Shown here piece after piece: positions 24,469 to 37,178 of a DNA stretch of 64,000 bases. The notes beneath the pieces were generated by a model, which was not told the origin of the DNA, did not search any database, and was given only the letters and a program-made list of their open reading frames with translations. The DNA is from Escherichia coli (GTDB taxonomy: Bacteria > Pseudomonadota > Gammaproteobacteria > Enterobacterales > Enterobacteriaceae). The DNA lies in NCBI RefSeq assembly GCF_036507355.1, contig NZ_AP027877.1; one strand, 5' to 3'. Both the position numbers and the translations under genes were made by a program. Each line of letters opens with the position of its first letter. Within the stretch, counting starts at the first letter, position 1.

Positions 24469-25700
24469 GAGCAAGCTCCCTCTAAATAGTAATGAATCGC
24501 CTCGGCGGCTTCTTTCCCGGTTTTCACGGCATAGACCACGGTTTTGTCACCCTCAACAATATCGCCAGCAGCAAAGACTTGCGGATCGCGGGTCTGATAA
24601 TTTTGTGTTTTGATGGTGTTACGCTGCGGCTCTAACTCCGCAAAGGCATCCAGTCTGGCATGCTGACCGACGGCGAGAATAATTTTATCTGCCACCATCG
24701 TCAGTTCGCCCGATAACCGTACATGCTTAAACGTGACTTTATTGCCTTCCACGGCTACTGGCGTGAATCCATCGATGATCGAAACGCCCAGCTCCCGGGC
24801 GCTGGCAAACTCTTTTTCGCTTGCCGGAAACTCATCTAACTCTTCACGCGCTACGCAAGTTACCGCCTGACAGCCGAGAACTTTCAGCGTGCTGGCTACG
24901 TCCATCGCGACATCACCGCCGCCGATAATTAATGCGCTTTGTGGAATGCTGATATCGCCTTGCACCTGTCGTGCACGTTGCAGGAAGTCCACGGCAATCT
25001 CAACGTCGCTATGCTCAAACAGCGGTAGCCCGGAACCGCTTGATAACCCCACGGTGACCAGTACCGCGCGGTTTTCCGCTTTCAGTTGCTCCAGGGTTAG
25101 TGTTTTACCGACTTCGTTGTTGCACTTAATGGTCACGCCCATTTTTTCAATACGGGCGATCTCTGCATCCAGTACTGATTGCGGTAACCGGAATTGCGGA
25201 ATGCCGTTACGCAACCAGCCACCGGGTTGTGCTTCTTTCTCATAGATCGTGACGTCATAACCCTGGTTTGTCAGTGTCACACTGGCCTGCAATCCGGCAG
25301 GACCTGCGCCAATAATCGCGACTTTGCCGAGCGTTTTAGTACCGGGCTGATAAATTTCCATCCCGGTTTGTTGTTCAAAATCAGTAACAAAACGCTGTAA
25401 GCGGCCGATATCAATGGGAGCATCAACACCGGCACGGGTACAACCGCTTTGGCATAATTTCTCCGTCGGGCACACTCTGGCACAAACGGCACCGAGGGCA
25501 TTATTTTCGCGAATTGTCTCGGCAGCGCCTTTAAAATTACGAAAGTAGATTGAGCGAATAAATTTCCCCGGATCGGTCTGTGCCGGGCAAGCCTGACTAC
25601 AGGGAGCGTCGTGACATAATAAACAGCGAGAGGCTTCTTTAATCGCCAGTAACGGCGTAAAAGCCGGAGTGAGTTCATCCAGATAATTTTGTTGCGGCAT
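24462..25700 (-). CDS. preT: NAD-dependent dihydropyrimidine dehydrogenase subunit PreT
   Basis: ORF 24462..25754 trimmed to [10 protein letters not shown]... (412 aa); FAD/NAD dinucleotide-binding GAGPAG motif; overlaps preA start. Confidence 0.9.
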   Translation of the reverse strand: MPQQNYLDELTPAFTPLLAIKEASRCLLCHDAPCSQACPAQTDPGKFIRSIYFRNFKGAAETIRENNALGAVCARVCPTEKLCQSGCTRAGVDAPIDIGRLQRFVTDFEQQTGMEIYQPGTKTLGKVAIIGAGPAGLQASVTLTNQGYDVTIYEKEAQPGGWLRNGIPQFRLPQSVLDAEIARIEKMGVTIKCNNEVGKTLTLEQLKAENRAVLVTVGLSSGSGLPLFEHSDVEIAVDFLQRARQVQGDISIPQSALIIGGGDVAMDVASTLKVLGCQAVTCVAREELDEFPASEKEFASARELGVSIIDGFTPVAVEGNKVTFKHVRLSGELTMVADKIILAVGQHARLDAFAELEPQRNTIKTQNYQTRDPQVFAAGDIVEGDKTVVYAVKTGKEAAEAIHYYLEGACSC

Positions 25701-25743
25701 GTGATCTTCCTTAATGCTATGAGTAATTAAGGCGAACGCTAAT

Positions 25744-25869
25744 ATACTCGTCATACTTCAAGTTGCATGTGCTGCGTCTGCGTTCGCTCACCCCAGTCAC
25801 TTACTTATGTAAGCTCCTGGGGACTCACTCACTTGTCGCCTTCCTGCAACTCGAATTATTTAGAGTATA
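25744..25869. repeat. ERIC / IRU intergenic repeat element (~126 bp)
   Basis: Contains the ERIC core in reverse orientation (CGCTCACCCCAGTCACTTACTTATGTAAGCTCCTGGGGA) flanked by TATACTCG...GAGTATA terminal inverted repeats. Confidence 0.8.
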
Positions 25870-26017
25870 AATATTGCGTGCTGATATTAAGGCTATGCGC
25901 GTGGGGAAATTTAAACTGTGAAAGGATTCACAAATAGCTGCGGTTCAGAATGTTATATCCGCAGCTTATTGAGTGAAGTAATAATTATTCTCAATAATTA
26001 ACAGAAAAGAGAAAATA

Positions 26018-28013
<1,996 letters not shown>

Positions 28014-28142
28014 GGCGTTGCCTCATAATCATGTAATGGGATAACAGTTTACGAACCCGTTATGGCTTTATATGTGATCTGAATCTCATTAATTATGCAA
28101 CGCGTGAAACTTACATCAAAAATGCGCGACGCATCGCAAATT

Positions 28143-29269
<1,127 letters not shown>

Positions 29270-29363
29270 TTAATTCGTAAAACGTGCTACCGATCACATT
29301 AAGAATTCTCAGCATAGTTGAATTTTAGGGAGGTAACCTCGGGCGAGCGCCCCGTTCAGCACA

Positions 29364-30272
29364 CTAATTCTGCTGTAAAAAGTGCAGAAACTGACTTAAA
29401 GCATAAGAAGGCGTTTCGTTATTGCGCCAGAACACACCGACGCTACCTTTCTGTTCTATCTTTGGCAGGTTGAGTATCACCAGTTGTCCCTGGCTGGCAT
29501 AACGTTGCGCCAGGCGTAATGACAAAATAGAGATCATATCGCTGCTTTGTAACAGGTTGGTACTGACGTTCATCGACGCCGACTCAATCGTGTTTTCTGG
29601 CAGCATTACGCCGTGGTCTACCAGCGCATTATCAATACTAATGCGAATGGGGGTACCCGTCGGCCAGACGATCCAGCGCCAGTTGGCAAGATCATTCCAG
29701 CTGAGGGTGGCGTATTTCGCCAGTGGGTGCTCAGGGCGGGCGACAAAGCATACTGGCTCGGTGTACAGCACCTGATAATTCAGTGGCAGCTGCAATGCGC
29801 GACCGCCAATTCGCCCAACGACCACATCGACAGAACCTGCCAATAGATCTTGCAGCAATGGGGTCATCACCTTCTCTTCGATATTCAGGTGTAGAGTTGG
29901 CATCTTCGTAAGCAAATGCAAAATCGCCTGGGATACGCAGTCAGTGGCGACGGGAGAACAGCCAATTTTCAGACTGCCGACCAGTCCACCTTGTTTAAAA
30001 CGGGCCAGTTCATGTTGCGATCGCTCCATGTCATTGATTAACCGTTGGGCATGTTGCAATAACAATTTGCCGCCTTCAGTCGGACGTAATCCTTTGCTGT
30101 GCCGCTCAAAAAGTGTGATTCCAATCTCATCTTCGAGTTGTGACAACCATTTCGAAAGCGCAGGTTGGGTGATATTCATCATTCGTGCGACATGGGTTAG
30201 ATTGCCCTGTTCACCCAGCGCCACCAGCATTTCAAGGTGATGTAGTTTTAATTTTTGCGCCCAGTTCGCCAT
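29364..30272 (-). CDS. mhbR: LysR-type transcriptional regulator of the gentisate cluster
   Basis: ORF 29364..30320 trimmed to MANWAQKLKLHHLEMLVALGEQGNLTHVARMMNITQPALS (LysR HTH); divergent from the catabolic operon. Symbol by analogy to the Klebsiella mhbRTDHIM cluster. Confidence 0.75.
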   Translation of the reverse strand: MANWAQKLKLHHLEMLVALGEQGNLTHVARMMNITQPALSKWLSQLEDEIGITLFERHSKGLRPTEGGKLLLQHAQRLINDMERSQHELARFKQGGLVGSLKIGCSPVATDCVSQAILHLLTKMPTLHLNIEEKVMTPLLQDLLAGSVDVVVGRIGGRALQLPLNYQVLYTEPVCFVARPEHPLAKYATLSWNDLANWRWIVWPTGTPIRISIDNALVDHGVMLPENTIESASMNVSTNLLQSSDMISILSLRLAQRYASQGQLVILNLPKIEQKGSVGVFWRNNETPSYALSQFLHFLQQN

Positions 30273-30398
30273 TTGCCATAACCTCCAGGTTATCTCTCTG
30301 CCCGAAATGCCATTGTACATCTCATCTCTTTAATCACAATATCGCAACATATACAAAACAAAAGAAACATCTACCTTACCTGCACTGAGGCATTTACT

Positions 30399-31757
30399 AT
30401 GACTCAACGACGTGATTTACAAGCACTTATCGATGCTGCTCCGGTCGGCAAGATGCAGTGGCGCGTTATCATCTGCTGTTTTCTGGTGGTAATGCTCGAT
30501 GGTTTTGACACCGCGGCTATCGGATTTATCGCCCCTGATATTCGCACTCACTGGCAACTCACCGCAGGCGATCTCGCCCCGCTTTTTGGCGCGGGTCTGC
30601 TAGGATTAACCGCAGGCGCACTGCTTTGTGGCCCGTTGTCCGATCGCTTTGGTCGCAAGCGGGTGATTGAGCTGTGCGTCTTTTTGTTTGGCGCGTTAAG
30701 CCTCGCCTCGGCTTTCTCACCGGATCTGCAAACGCTGGTCTTCCTGCGCTTTCTCACCGGCCTGGGTCTGGGCGGCGCGATGCCGAACACCATCACCATG
30801 ACCTCGGAGTATCTGCCTGCCCGCCGCCGCGGCGCGCTGGTGACGCTGATGTTTTGCGGCTTTACGCTGGGTTCGGCGTTTGGCGGGATTGTCAGTGCGC
30901 AGCTGGTGCCGGTGATTGGCTGGCACGGCATTCTGGTGTTGGGGGGCGTGTTACCGCTGATGCTGTTTGTCGCACTGCTGGTAGTTCTGCCGGAATCGCC
31001 ACGCTGGCAGGTGCGCCGCCAGCTACCGCAGGCGGTGATTGCGAAAACCGTCAGCGCCATCACCCGCGAGCGTTATGTCGATACCCACTTTTATCTCATT
31101 GAATCAGCCTCCGTTACAAAAGGCAGCATTCGTCAACTGTTTATGGGACGTCAGTTACCCATCACGTTGATGCTGTGGGTAGTGTTCTTTATGAGCCTGC
31201 TGATTATTTACCTGCTCTCAAGCTGGATGCCGACGCTACTGAACCATCGCGGCATCGACCTGCAACACGCGTCCTGGGTCACCGCCGCGTTCCAGATTGG
31301 TGGTACGTTAGGCGCGCTGGCGCTGGGTGTGCTGATGGATAAGTTCAATCCTTTCCGCGTGCTGGCGCTGAGCTATGCCATAGGCGCTATATGCATCGTG
31401 ATGATTGGCTTAAGCCAGGATGGATTATGGTTGATGGCGCTGGCGATTTTCGGCACTGGCATTGGCATTAGCGGATCGCAGGTGGGGCTGAATGCGCTGA
31501 CCGCAACACTTTATCCAACACAAAGTCGCGCCACGGGCGTGAGCTGGTCAAATGCTATCGGCCGCTGCGGCGCGATTGTTGGTTCGCTGTCTGGCGGCGT
31601 GATGATGGCGATGAATTTCTCTTTCGACACCCTGTTTTTCATTATCGCTGTGCCTGCGGCGATCAGTGCGGTGATGTTAACCCTGCTGATTACCGTGGTT
31701 CGCCAGTCGACCTCTGTCCCTGACTCACTGCCTCGCGCAGGCGTTGTGAACGAATAA
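30399..31757 (+). CDS. mhbT: MFS transporter (aromatic acid/H+ symporter family), probable 3-hydroxybenzoate/gentisate uptake
   Basis: 452-aa 12-TM ORF; first gene of the operon. Confidence 0.75.
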   Translation: MTQRRDLQALIDAAPVGKMQWRVIICCFLVVMLDGFDTAAIGFIAPDIRTHWQLTAGDLAPLFGAGLLGLTAGALLCGPLSDRFGRKRVIELCVFLFGALSLASAFSPDLQTLVFLRFLTGLGLGGAMPNTITMTSEYLPARRRGALVTLMFCGFTLGSAFGGIVSAQLVPVIGWHGILVLGGVLPLMLFVALLVVLPESPRWQVRRQLPQAVIAKTVSAITRERYVDTHFYLIESASVTKGSIRQLFMGRQLPITLMLWVVFFMSLLIIYLLSSWMPTLLNHRGIDLQHASWVTAAFQIGGTLGALALGVLMDKFNPFRVLALSYAIGAICIVMIGLSQDGLWLMALAIFGTGIGISGSQVGLNALTATLYPTQSRATGVSWSNAIGRCGAIVGSLSGGVMMAMNFSFDTLFFIIAVPAAISAVMLTLLITVVRQSTSVPDSLPRAGVVNE

Positions 31758-31768
31758 GGAGCATCCCA

Positions 31769-32797
31769 ATGACTGATAACAATCAAAATAGCCGCGAGCA
31801 ATTTTATCAGCATATTTCCGGGCAAAACCTGACCCCGCTGTGGGAGTCACTGCACCATCTGGTGCCGAAAACGCCCAACGCTAACTGTGCGCCAGCGTAC
31901 TGGAATTATCAGGAGATCCGCCCGCTGCTACTGGAGAGCGGCGGCCTGATTGGTGCGAAAGAGGCCGTGCGCCGCGTGCTGGTGCTGGAAAACCCGGCGC
32001 TGCGCGGGCAGTCTTCCATTACCGCGACTTTATATGCCGGTTTGCAACTGATCATGCCGGGCGAAGTGGCACCGAGTCATCGTCATAATCAGTCGGCGCT
32101 GCGTTTTATTGTTGAAGGCAAAGGGGCATTTACCGCCGTTGATGGCGAACGCACGCCAATGAATGAAGGCGATTTTATCCTGACCCCGCAGTGGCGCTGG
32201 CACGATCACGGTAACCCTGGCGACGAACCGGTTATCTGGCTCGATGGGCTGGATCTGCCATTAGTGAATATTCTGGGCTGCGGTTTTGCCGAAGATTATC
32301 CGGAAGAGCAACAACCGGTAACGCGTAAAGAGGGAGATTATCTGCCGCGTTACGCTGCCAATATGTTGCCGCTGCGGCATCAGACGGGGAACTCCTCGCC
32401 GATCTTTAACTATCGTTATGACCGCAGCCGCGAAGTGCTGCACGATTTAACCCGACTGGGCGATGCCGACGAGTGGGATGGCTACAAAATGCGCTACGTC
32501 AACCCGGTCACCGGCGGCTATCCGATGCCGTCGATGGGCGCTTTCCTGCAACTGCTGCCGAAAGGGTTTGCCTCACGCGTTGCGCGTACCACTGACAGCA
32601 CCATCTACCATGTGGTGGAAGGTAGCGGGCAGGTCATCATCGGCAATGAAACCTTCAGCTTTAGTGCAAAAGATATCTTCGTGGTGCCGACCTGGCATGG
32701 CGTGTCGTTCCAGACCACGCAAGATTCCGTTTTATTTAGTTTTTCGGACAGACCGGTACAAGAAGCCCTGGGGCTGTTCCGCGAAGCGCGTTATTAA
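31769..32797 (+). CDS. mhbD: gentisate 1,2-dioxygenase (bicupin)
   Basis: 342-aa ORF with cupin His motifs ([17 protein letters not shown]); typical gentisate dioxygenase length. Confidence 0.8.
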
Positions 32798-32811
32798 TTT
32801 AGGAGAGAAAA

Positions 32812-33513
32812 ATGACTCAATACGTATTCGAACCGCAAGCGCCCGTTACCGTACCGGTTGTTGGCAGTGATGAACAATTCCCCGTGCGCCGCGTTTACTG
32901 CGTCGGACGTAACTATGCCGCTCACGCCCGCGAAATGGGCTTTGATCCGGATCGTGAACCGCCATTCTTCTTCTGCAAACCGGCGGATGCCGTTGTTCCG
33001 GTTGCCGCTGGTGAAACGCTGGCGCTGCCGTATCCGGCACAGACCGATAACTACCATTACGAAATTGAACTGGTGGTGGCGATTGGTAAAAAAGGCAGCG
33101 ATATCCCGCTGGAACACGCCCATGAATATGTCTGGGGTTATGCCACGGGTCTTGATATGACTCGGCGTGACCGTCAAATGGAAATGCGCCAGATGGGCCG
33201 CCCGTGGGAAATCGGTAAAGCGTTTGATCTCTCAGCGCCCATCGCGCCGCTGCACAAAGCCCGCGATATCGGCGGTATTGATAATGCGCCAATCTGGTTA
33301 CAGGTTAACGGCGAAGATCATCAGCGCAGCGATATTCGCCATCTCATCTGGTCGGTGAATGAAACCATCAGCTATCTGTCAGGCTTCTTTGAGCTGCAAC
33401 CGGGCGATCTGATCTTCACCGGTACGCCGGAAGGGGTTGGCCCGGTAGTGAAAGGTGATGTGATCACAGGCAACGTCGAGGGCTTAACGCCTATCGCGGT
33501 GAAGATTGTCTGA
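32812..33513 (+). CDS. mhbH: fumarylpyruvate hydrolase (FAH family)
   Basis: 233-aa ORF with FAH-fold signatures ([14 protein letters not shown]; [10 protein letters not shown]). Confidence 0.75.
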   Translation: MTQYVFEPQAPVTVPVVGSDEQFPVRRVYCVGRNYAAHAREMGFDPDREPPFFFCKPADAVVPVAAGETLALPYPAQTDNYHYEIELVVAIGKKGSDIPLEHAHEYVWGYATGLDMTRRDRQMEMRQMGRPWEIGKAFDLSAPIAPLHKARDIGGIDNAPIWLQVNGEDHQRSDIRHLIWSVNETISYLSGFFELQPGDLIFTGTPEGVGPVVKGDVITGNVEGLTPIAVKIV

Positions 33514-33518
33514 GGTGC

Positions 33519-34166
33519 ATGATGAAGCTGTACAGTTTTTTTAATAGTTCAGCGTCGTACCGGGTACGCATTGCGCTGGCGCTGAAAGGCATTAATTACC
33601 AGACCGAAGGGGTGAATATCCGTATTGGTCAGCAAAATGAACTGGCCTATCGGCGGATGAATCCGGTCGGGCTGGTGCCGACGCTGCTGACTGACGAGGG
33701 CGAATCACTCGGACAATCGCTGGCGATTATTGACTGGCTGGAGAGGCACTACCCGCAAGTTCCGCTGGTGCCGCAGGAAGAGCCGGCCCGCAACAAGGTG
33801 CTGGAAATTGTCTATGCCATCGCTTGTGATATTCATCCATTGAATAACTTGCGCGTGCTGCGCTACCTGACCGAAGAACTGAACGTCAGTGAAGAAGAAA
33901 AAAAACGTTGGTATGCGCACTGGATCCAGCAAGGGTTAAGCGCGGTGGAACAACTGTTGCGCCAGAACCAGTCGGGGCAATTTTGTGTGGGCGAGACGCC
34001 GACGCTGGCAGATTGCTGCCTTGTCCCGCAGTGGGCGAACGCGCTACGCATGAACTGCGATTTGAGCGGGTATCCACGCTGCAAAGCGGTGTACGACGCC
34101 TGCACACAGCTGCCAGCGTTCATTGCCGCAGCGCCAGAAAATCAACAAGATAAAATTTCAGCCTGA
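33519..34166 (+). CDS. mhbI: maleylpyruvate isomerase (glutathione S-transferase zeta-like)
   Basis: 215-aa ORF with GST N-terminal fold (MKLYSFFNSSASYRVRIAL). Confidence 0.75.
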   Translation: MMKLYSFFNSSASYRVRIALALKGINYQTEGVNIRIGQQNELAYRRMNPVGLVPTLLTDEGESLGQSLAIIDWLERHYPQVPLVPQEEPARNKVLEIVYAIACDIHPLNNLRVLRYLTEELNVSEEEKKRWYAHWIQQGLSAVEQLLRQNQSGQFCVGETPTLADCCLVPQWANALRMNCDLSGYPRCKAVYDACTQLPAFIAAAPENQQDKISA

Positions 34167-34180
34167 CCAGGAGAACTATA

Positions 34181-35374
34181 ATGACGAAAGTGACACGCGC
34201 AGTAATTGTGGGAGGCGGGATCGGCGGTGCGGCAACTGCGCTGTCACTGGCCCGCCTGGGGATCAAAGTGGTGCTGCTGGAAAAGGCGCATGAGATCGGT
34301 GAGATTGGCGCGGGCATCCAGTTGGGGCCAAATGCGTTTTCGGCGCTGGACAGCCTCGGCGTCGGCGAAGTTGCCCGCCAGCGCGCGGTGTTTACCGATC
34401 ACATTACCATGATGGATGCGGTGAACGCCGAAGAAGTGGTGTGCATTGAAACCGGGCAGGCTTTTCGTGACCATTTCGGCGGCCCTTACGCGGTGATCCA
34501 CCGGGTTGATATTCACGCCTCGGTGTGGGAAGCGGTACTGACGCATCCGGACGTGGAATATCACACCTCCACCAACGTCGTGGATATTCGCGAGACGGAA
34601 GACGATGTCACCGTGTTTGACGATCGCGGCAATAGCTGGACCGGCGATATTCTGATTGGCTGTGACGGCGTGAAGTCAGTGGTGCGCCAGAGCTTATTGG
34701 GCGATGCGCCGCGTGTCACCGGACATGTTGTCTACCGTGCGGTTATCGATCGTGCCGATATGCCGGAAGATTTGCGCATTAACGCACCGGTACTGTGGGC
34801 GGGGCCGCATTGTCACTTGGTGCATTACCCTTTGCGCGGCGGCAAGCAGTATAACCTGGTGGTAACATTCCACAGCCGCCAGCAGGAAGAGTGGGGCGTG
34901 AAGGATGGTAGTAAAGAGGAAGTGCTCTCTTACTTTGAAGGGATTCACCCCCGTCCGCGCCAGATGTTGGATAAACCGACTTCATGGCGACGCTGGTCAA
35001 CCGCTGACCGTGAACCGGTGGCGAAGTGGGGAACGAAGCGCATAACGCTTGTGGGCGATTCGGCCCATCCGGTGGCGCAATATATGGCGCAGGGAGCCTG
35101 TATGGCGCTGGAAGATGCAGTAACGCTGGGTAAGGCGCTGGCGCAGTGTGAGGGTGATGCGGCGCAAGCCTTTGCGCTGTATGAGTCGGTACGAATTCCG
35201 CGCACCGCGCGCATCGTCTGGTCGACCCGTGAAATGGGGCGGGTTTACCACGCCGCAGGGGTAGAACGCCAGGTACGTAATCTGCTGTGGAAAGGGAAAT
35301 CGCAGGCAGAATTTTATCGCGGCATGGAGTGGTTGTACGGCTGGAAAGAAGATAACTGTTTGCAACCACGCTAA
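34181..35374 (+). CDS. mhbM: 3-hydroxybenzoate 6-hydroxylase (FAD-dependent monooxygenase)
   Basis: 397-aa ORF with N-terminal FAD-binding GxGxxG (VIVGGGIGGAATAL) and flavin monooxygenase core. Confidence 0.8.
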   Translation: MTKVTRAVIVGGGIGGAATALSLARLGIKVVLLEKAHEIGEIGAGIQLGPNAFSALDSLGVGEVARQRAVFTDHITMMDAVNAEEVVCIETGQAFRDHFGGPYAVIHRVDIHASVWEAVLTHPDVEYHTSTNVVDIRETEDDVTVFDDRGNSWTGDILIGCDGVKSVVRQSLLGDAPRVTGHVVYRAVIDRADMPEDLRINAPVLWAGPHCHLVHYPLRGGKQYNLVVTFHSRQQEEWGVKDGSKEEVLSYFEGIHPRPRQMLDKPTSWRRWSTADREPVAKWGTKRITLVGDSAHPVAQYMAQGACMALEDAVTLGKALAQCEGDAAQAFALYESVRIPRTARIVWSTREMGRVYHAAGVERQVRNLLWKGKSQAEFYRGMEWLYGWKEDNCLQPR

Positions 35375-35394
35375 GCACTTCTTCACCCAATCAG

Positions 35395-35450
35395 GCGCAC
35401 GGGCGGTCCCCTCGCCCCTTCGGGAGAGGGTTAGGGTGAGGGTAAAAATC
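35395..35450. repeat. GC-rich imperfect palindromic element at the gentisate-cluster/dusC junction
   Basis: GGCGCACGGGCGGTCCCCTCGCCCCTTCGGGAGAGGGTTAGGGTGAGGGT: CCCTCGCCCC/GGGAGAGGG imperfect inverted repeat. Confidence 0.4.
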
Positions 35451-35533
35451 TTGCCCGAATTAATCAGTAAGTCAGTTTGTCTGCAAACACAGGAGGCGCT
35501 AACATAGCGCCTCATTTTTTTGCGGGTGATGAT

Positions 35534-36484
35534 ATGCGTGTGTTACTGGCTCCGATGGAGGGAGTGCTTGACTCTCTGGTGCGTGAATTGCTGACCGAAG
35601 TTAACGACTACGATCTGTGCATCACCGAGTTCGTCCGCGTGGTGGATCAACTGCTGCCGGTGAAAGTCTTTCATCGCATTTGCCCTGAGCTACAAAACGC
35701 CAGCCGGACACCATCCGGTACGCTGGTGCGCGTGCAGTTGTTGGGTCAGTTCCCACAATGGCTGGCAGAGAACGCCGCCCGTGCGGTGGAATTAGGTTCC
35801 TGGGGCGTGGATCTCAATTGCGGCTGCCCGTCGAAAACGGTTAACGGTAGCGGTGGTGGGGCGACGTTACTCAAAGATCCTGAACTCATCTACCAGGGTG
35901 CAAAAGCGATGCGTGAAGCTGTACCGGCGCATTTGCCCGTCAGCGTGAAAGTGCGTCTGGGCTGGGACAGCGGTGAGAAGAAATTTGAAATCGCCGATGC
36001 GGTTCAACAGGCTGGTGCTACGGAGCTGGTGGTGCATGGACGGACAAAAGAGCAGGGTTACCGCGCGGAGCATATTGACTGGCAGGCGATTGGCGAGATT
36101 CGCCAGCGGCTGAATATTCCGGTGATTGCCAACGGCGAAATCTGGGACTGGCAGAGCGCGCAACAATGCATGGCGATCAGCGGCTGCGACTCAGTGATGA
36201 TTGGTCGCGGGGCGCTCAATATTCCCAACCTGAGCCGGGTAGTAAAATATAACGAACCGCGAATGCCGTGGCCGGAGGTGGTTGCTTTGCTGCAAAAATA
36301 TACCCGTCTGGAAAAGCAGGGCGATACCGGGTTATATCACGTAGCGCGGATTAAACAGTGGTTGAGTTATTTGCGTAAAGAATACGATGAAGCAACAGAA
36401 TTATTTCAGCATGTTCGTGTGTTGAATAATTCCCCTGATATTGCAAGGGCTATTCAGGCAATTGATATCGGTAAGCTGCGATAA
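35534..36484 (+). CDS. dusC: tRNA-dihydrouridine(16) synthase
   Basis: ORF 35477..36484 trimmed to [21 protein letters not shown]... (~316 aa); Dus-family TIM barrel. Confidence 0.9.
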   Translation: MRVLLAPMEGVLDSLVRELLTEVNDYDLCITEFVRVVDQLLPVKVFHRICPELQNASRTPSGTLVRVQLLGQFPQWLAENAARAVELGSWGVDLNCGCPSKTVNGSGGGATLLKDPELIYQGAKAMREAVPAHLPVSVKVRLGWDSGEKKFEIADAVQQAGATELVVHGRTKEQGYRAEHIDWQAIGEIRQRLNIPVIANGEIWDWQSAQQCMAISGCDSVMIGRGALNIPNLSRVVKYNEPRMPWPEVVALLQKYTRLEKQGDTGLYHVARIKQWLSYLRKEYDEATELFQHVRVLNNSPDIARAIQAIDIGKLR

Positions 36485-36871
36485 TAGTGGAATCGCAGTT
36501 TATCAGAGACAATGAATCGCTTATTCAGCTTCATCATCTTGTTGCGCTCCTTTCATGAGCTAAGCCACATATTGCCACTGGCGCAAGGAGCGCGCAGGGG
36601 GAGGACAATCGCCTCCTCCCCCTGCACCCCCGGGCTCTGGCGAACAAAATCGCCGCTGCGCGGTACCTTCAGCTTATCCCCTTCGGCTACCGGGTCGGGC
36701 GCGAGGAAACGTCCTTGTAAGACGCGCCCTCAGCCCACATCCATGTGGGCTGCCCCGGCCTTCGGGGAACGCTTCAGCGATTTTGACGCCACCAACACCG
36801 GAGCTGTTTGCAAATCAAGTACACAAAATATCTAGTTCCTGACCTGACAACTTATATGTCATATCTGATTT

Positions 36872-36955
36872 TTAAAATATCATCTTAAATACGCCAGTCA
36901 CCACCAGTAGCCCAATCAGGAAAATAATCAATACAGCCCAGAGTATAATTTTCAT
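36872..36955 (-). CDS. yohP: small single-TM membrane protein (27 aa)
   Basis: Read from sequence: MKIILWAVLIIFLIGLLVVTGVFKMIF with RBS-like AAGGAACGCC upstream; below the 60-aa track cutoff; matches recalled YohP. Confidence 0.8.
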   Translation of the reverse strand: MKIILWAVLIIFLIGLLVVTGVFKMIF

Positions 36956-37178
36956 TGGCGTTCCTTTATTTGTGAGTGCTGAATAAGTATAGGAAAAAAC
37001 GAAGCCCTTTGCCGTTATCCATAAACGATTAAGATAAATCGGAAGATATCATTCACTTAGTGTATATTTTTCTGGATATGTCGTTTTATTGCTACTGATG
37101 TATTGCCACGCGAAACTAAAAAATATATCGCAACACACGGTAATCTCCGCGCACCTTTTCTTACCTGATTATTCCCCC

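Noticed and set aside
36512-36835. 107-aa plus-strand ORF downstream of dusC
   Set aside because: Low-complexity Arg/Pro/Gly-rich translation of a hairpin-dense GC-rich segment; no RBS; treated as non-coding (reported as a finding instead).
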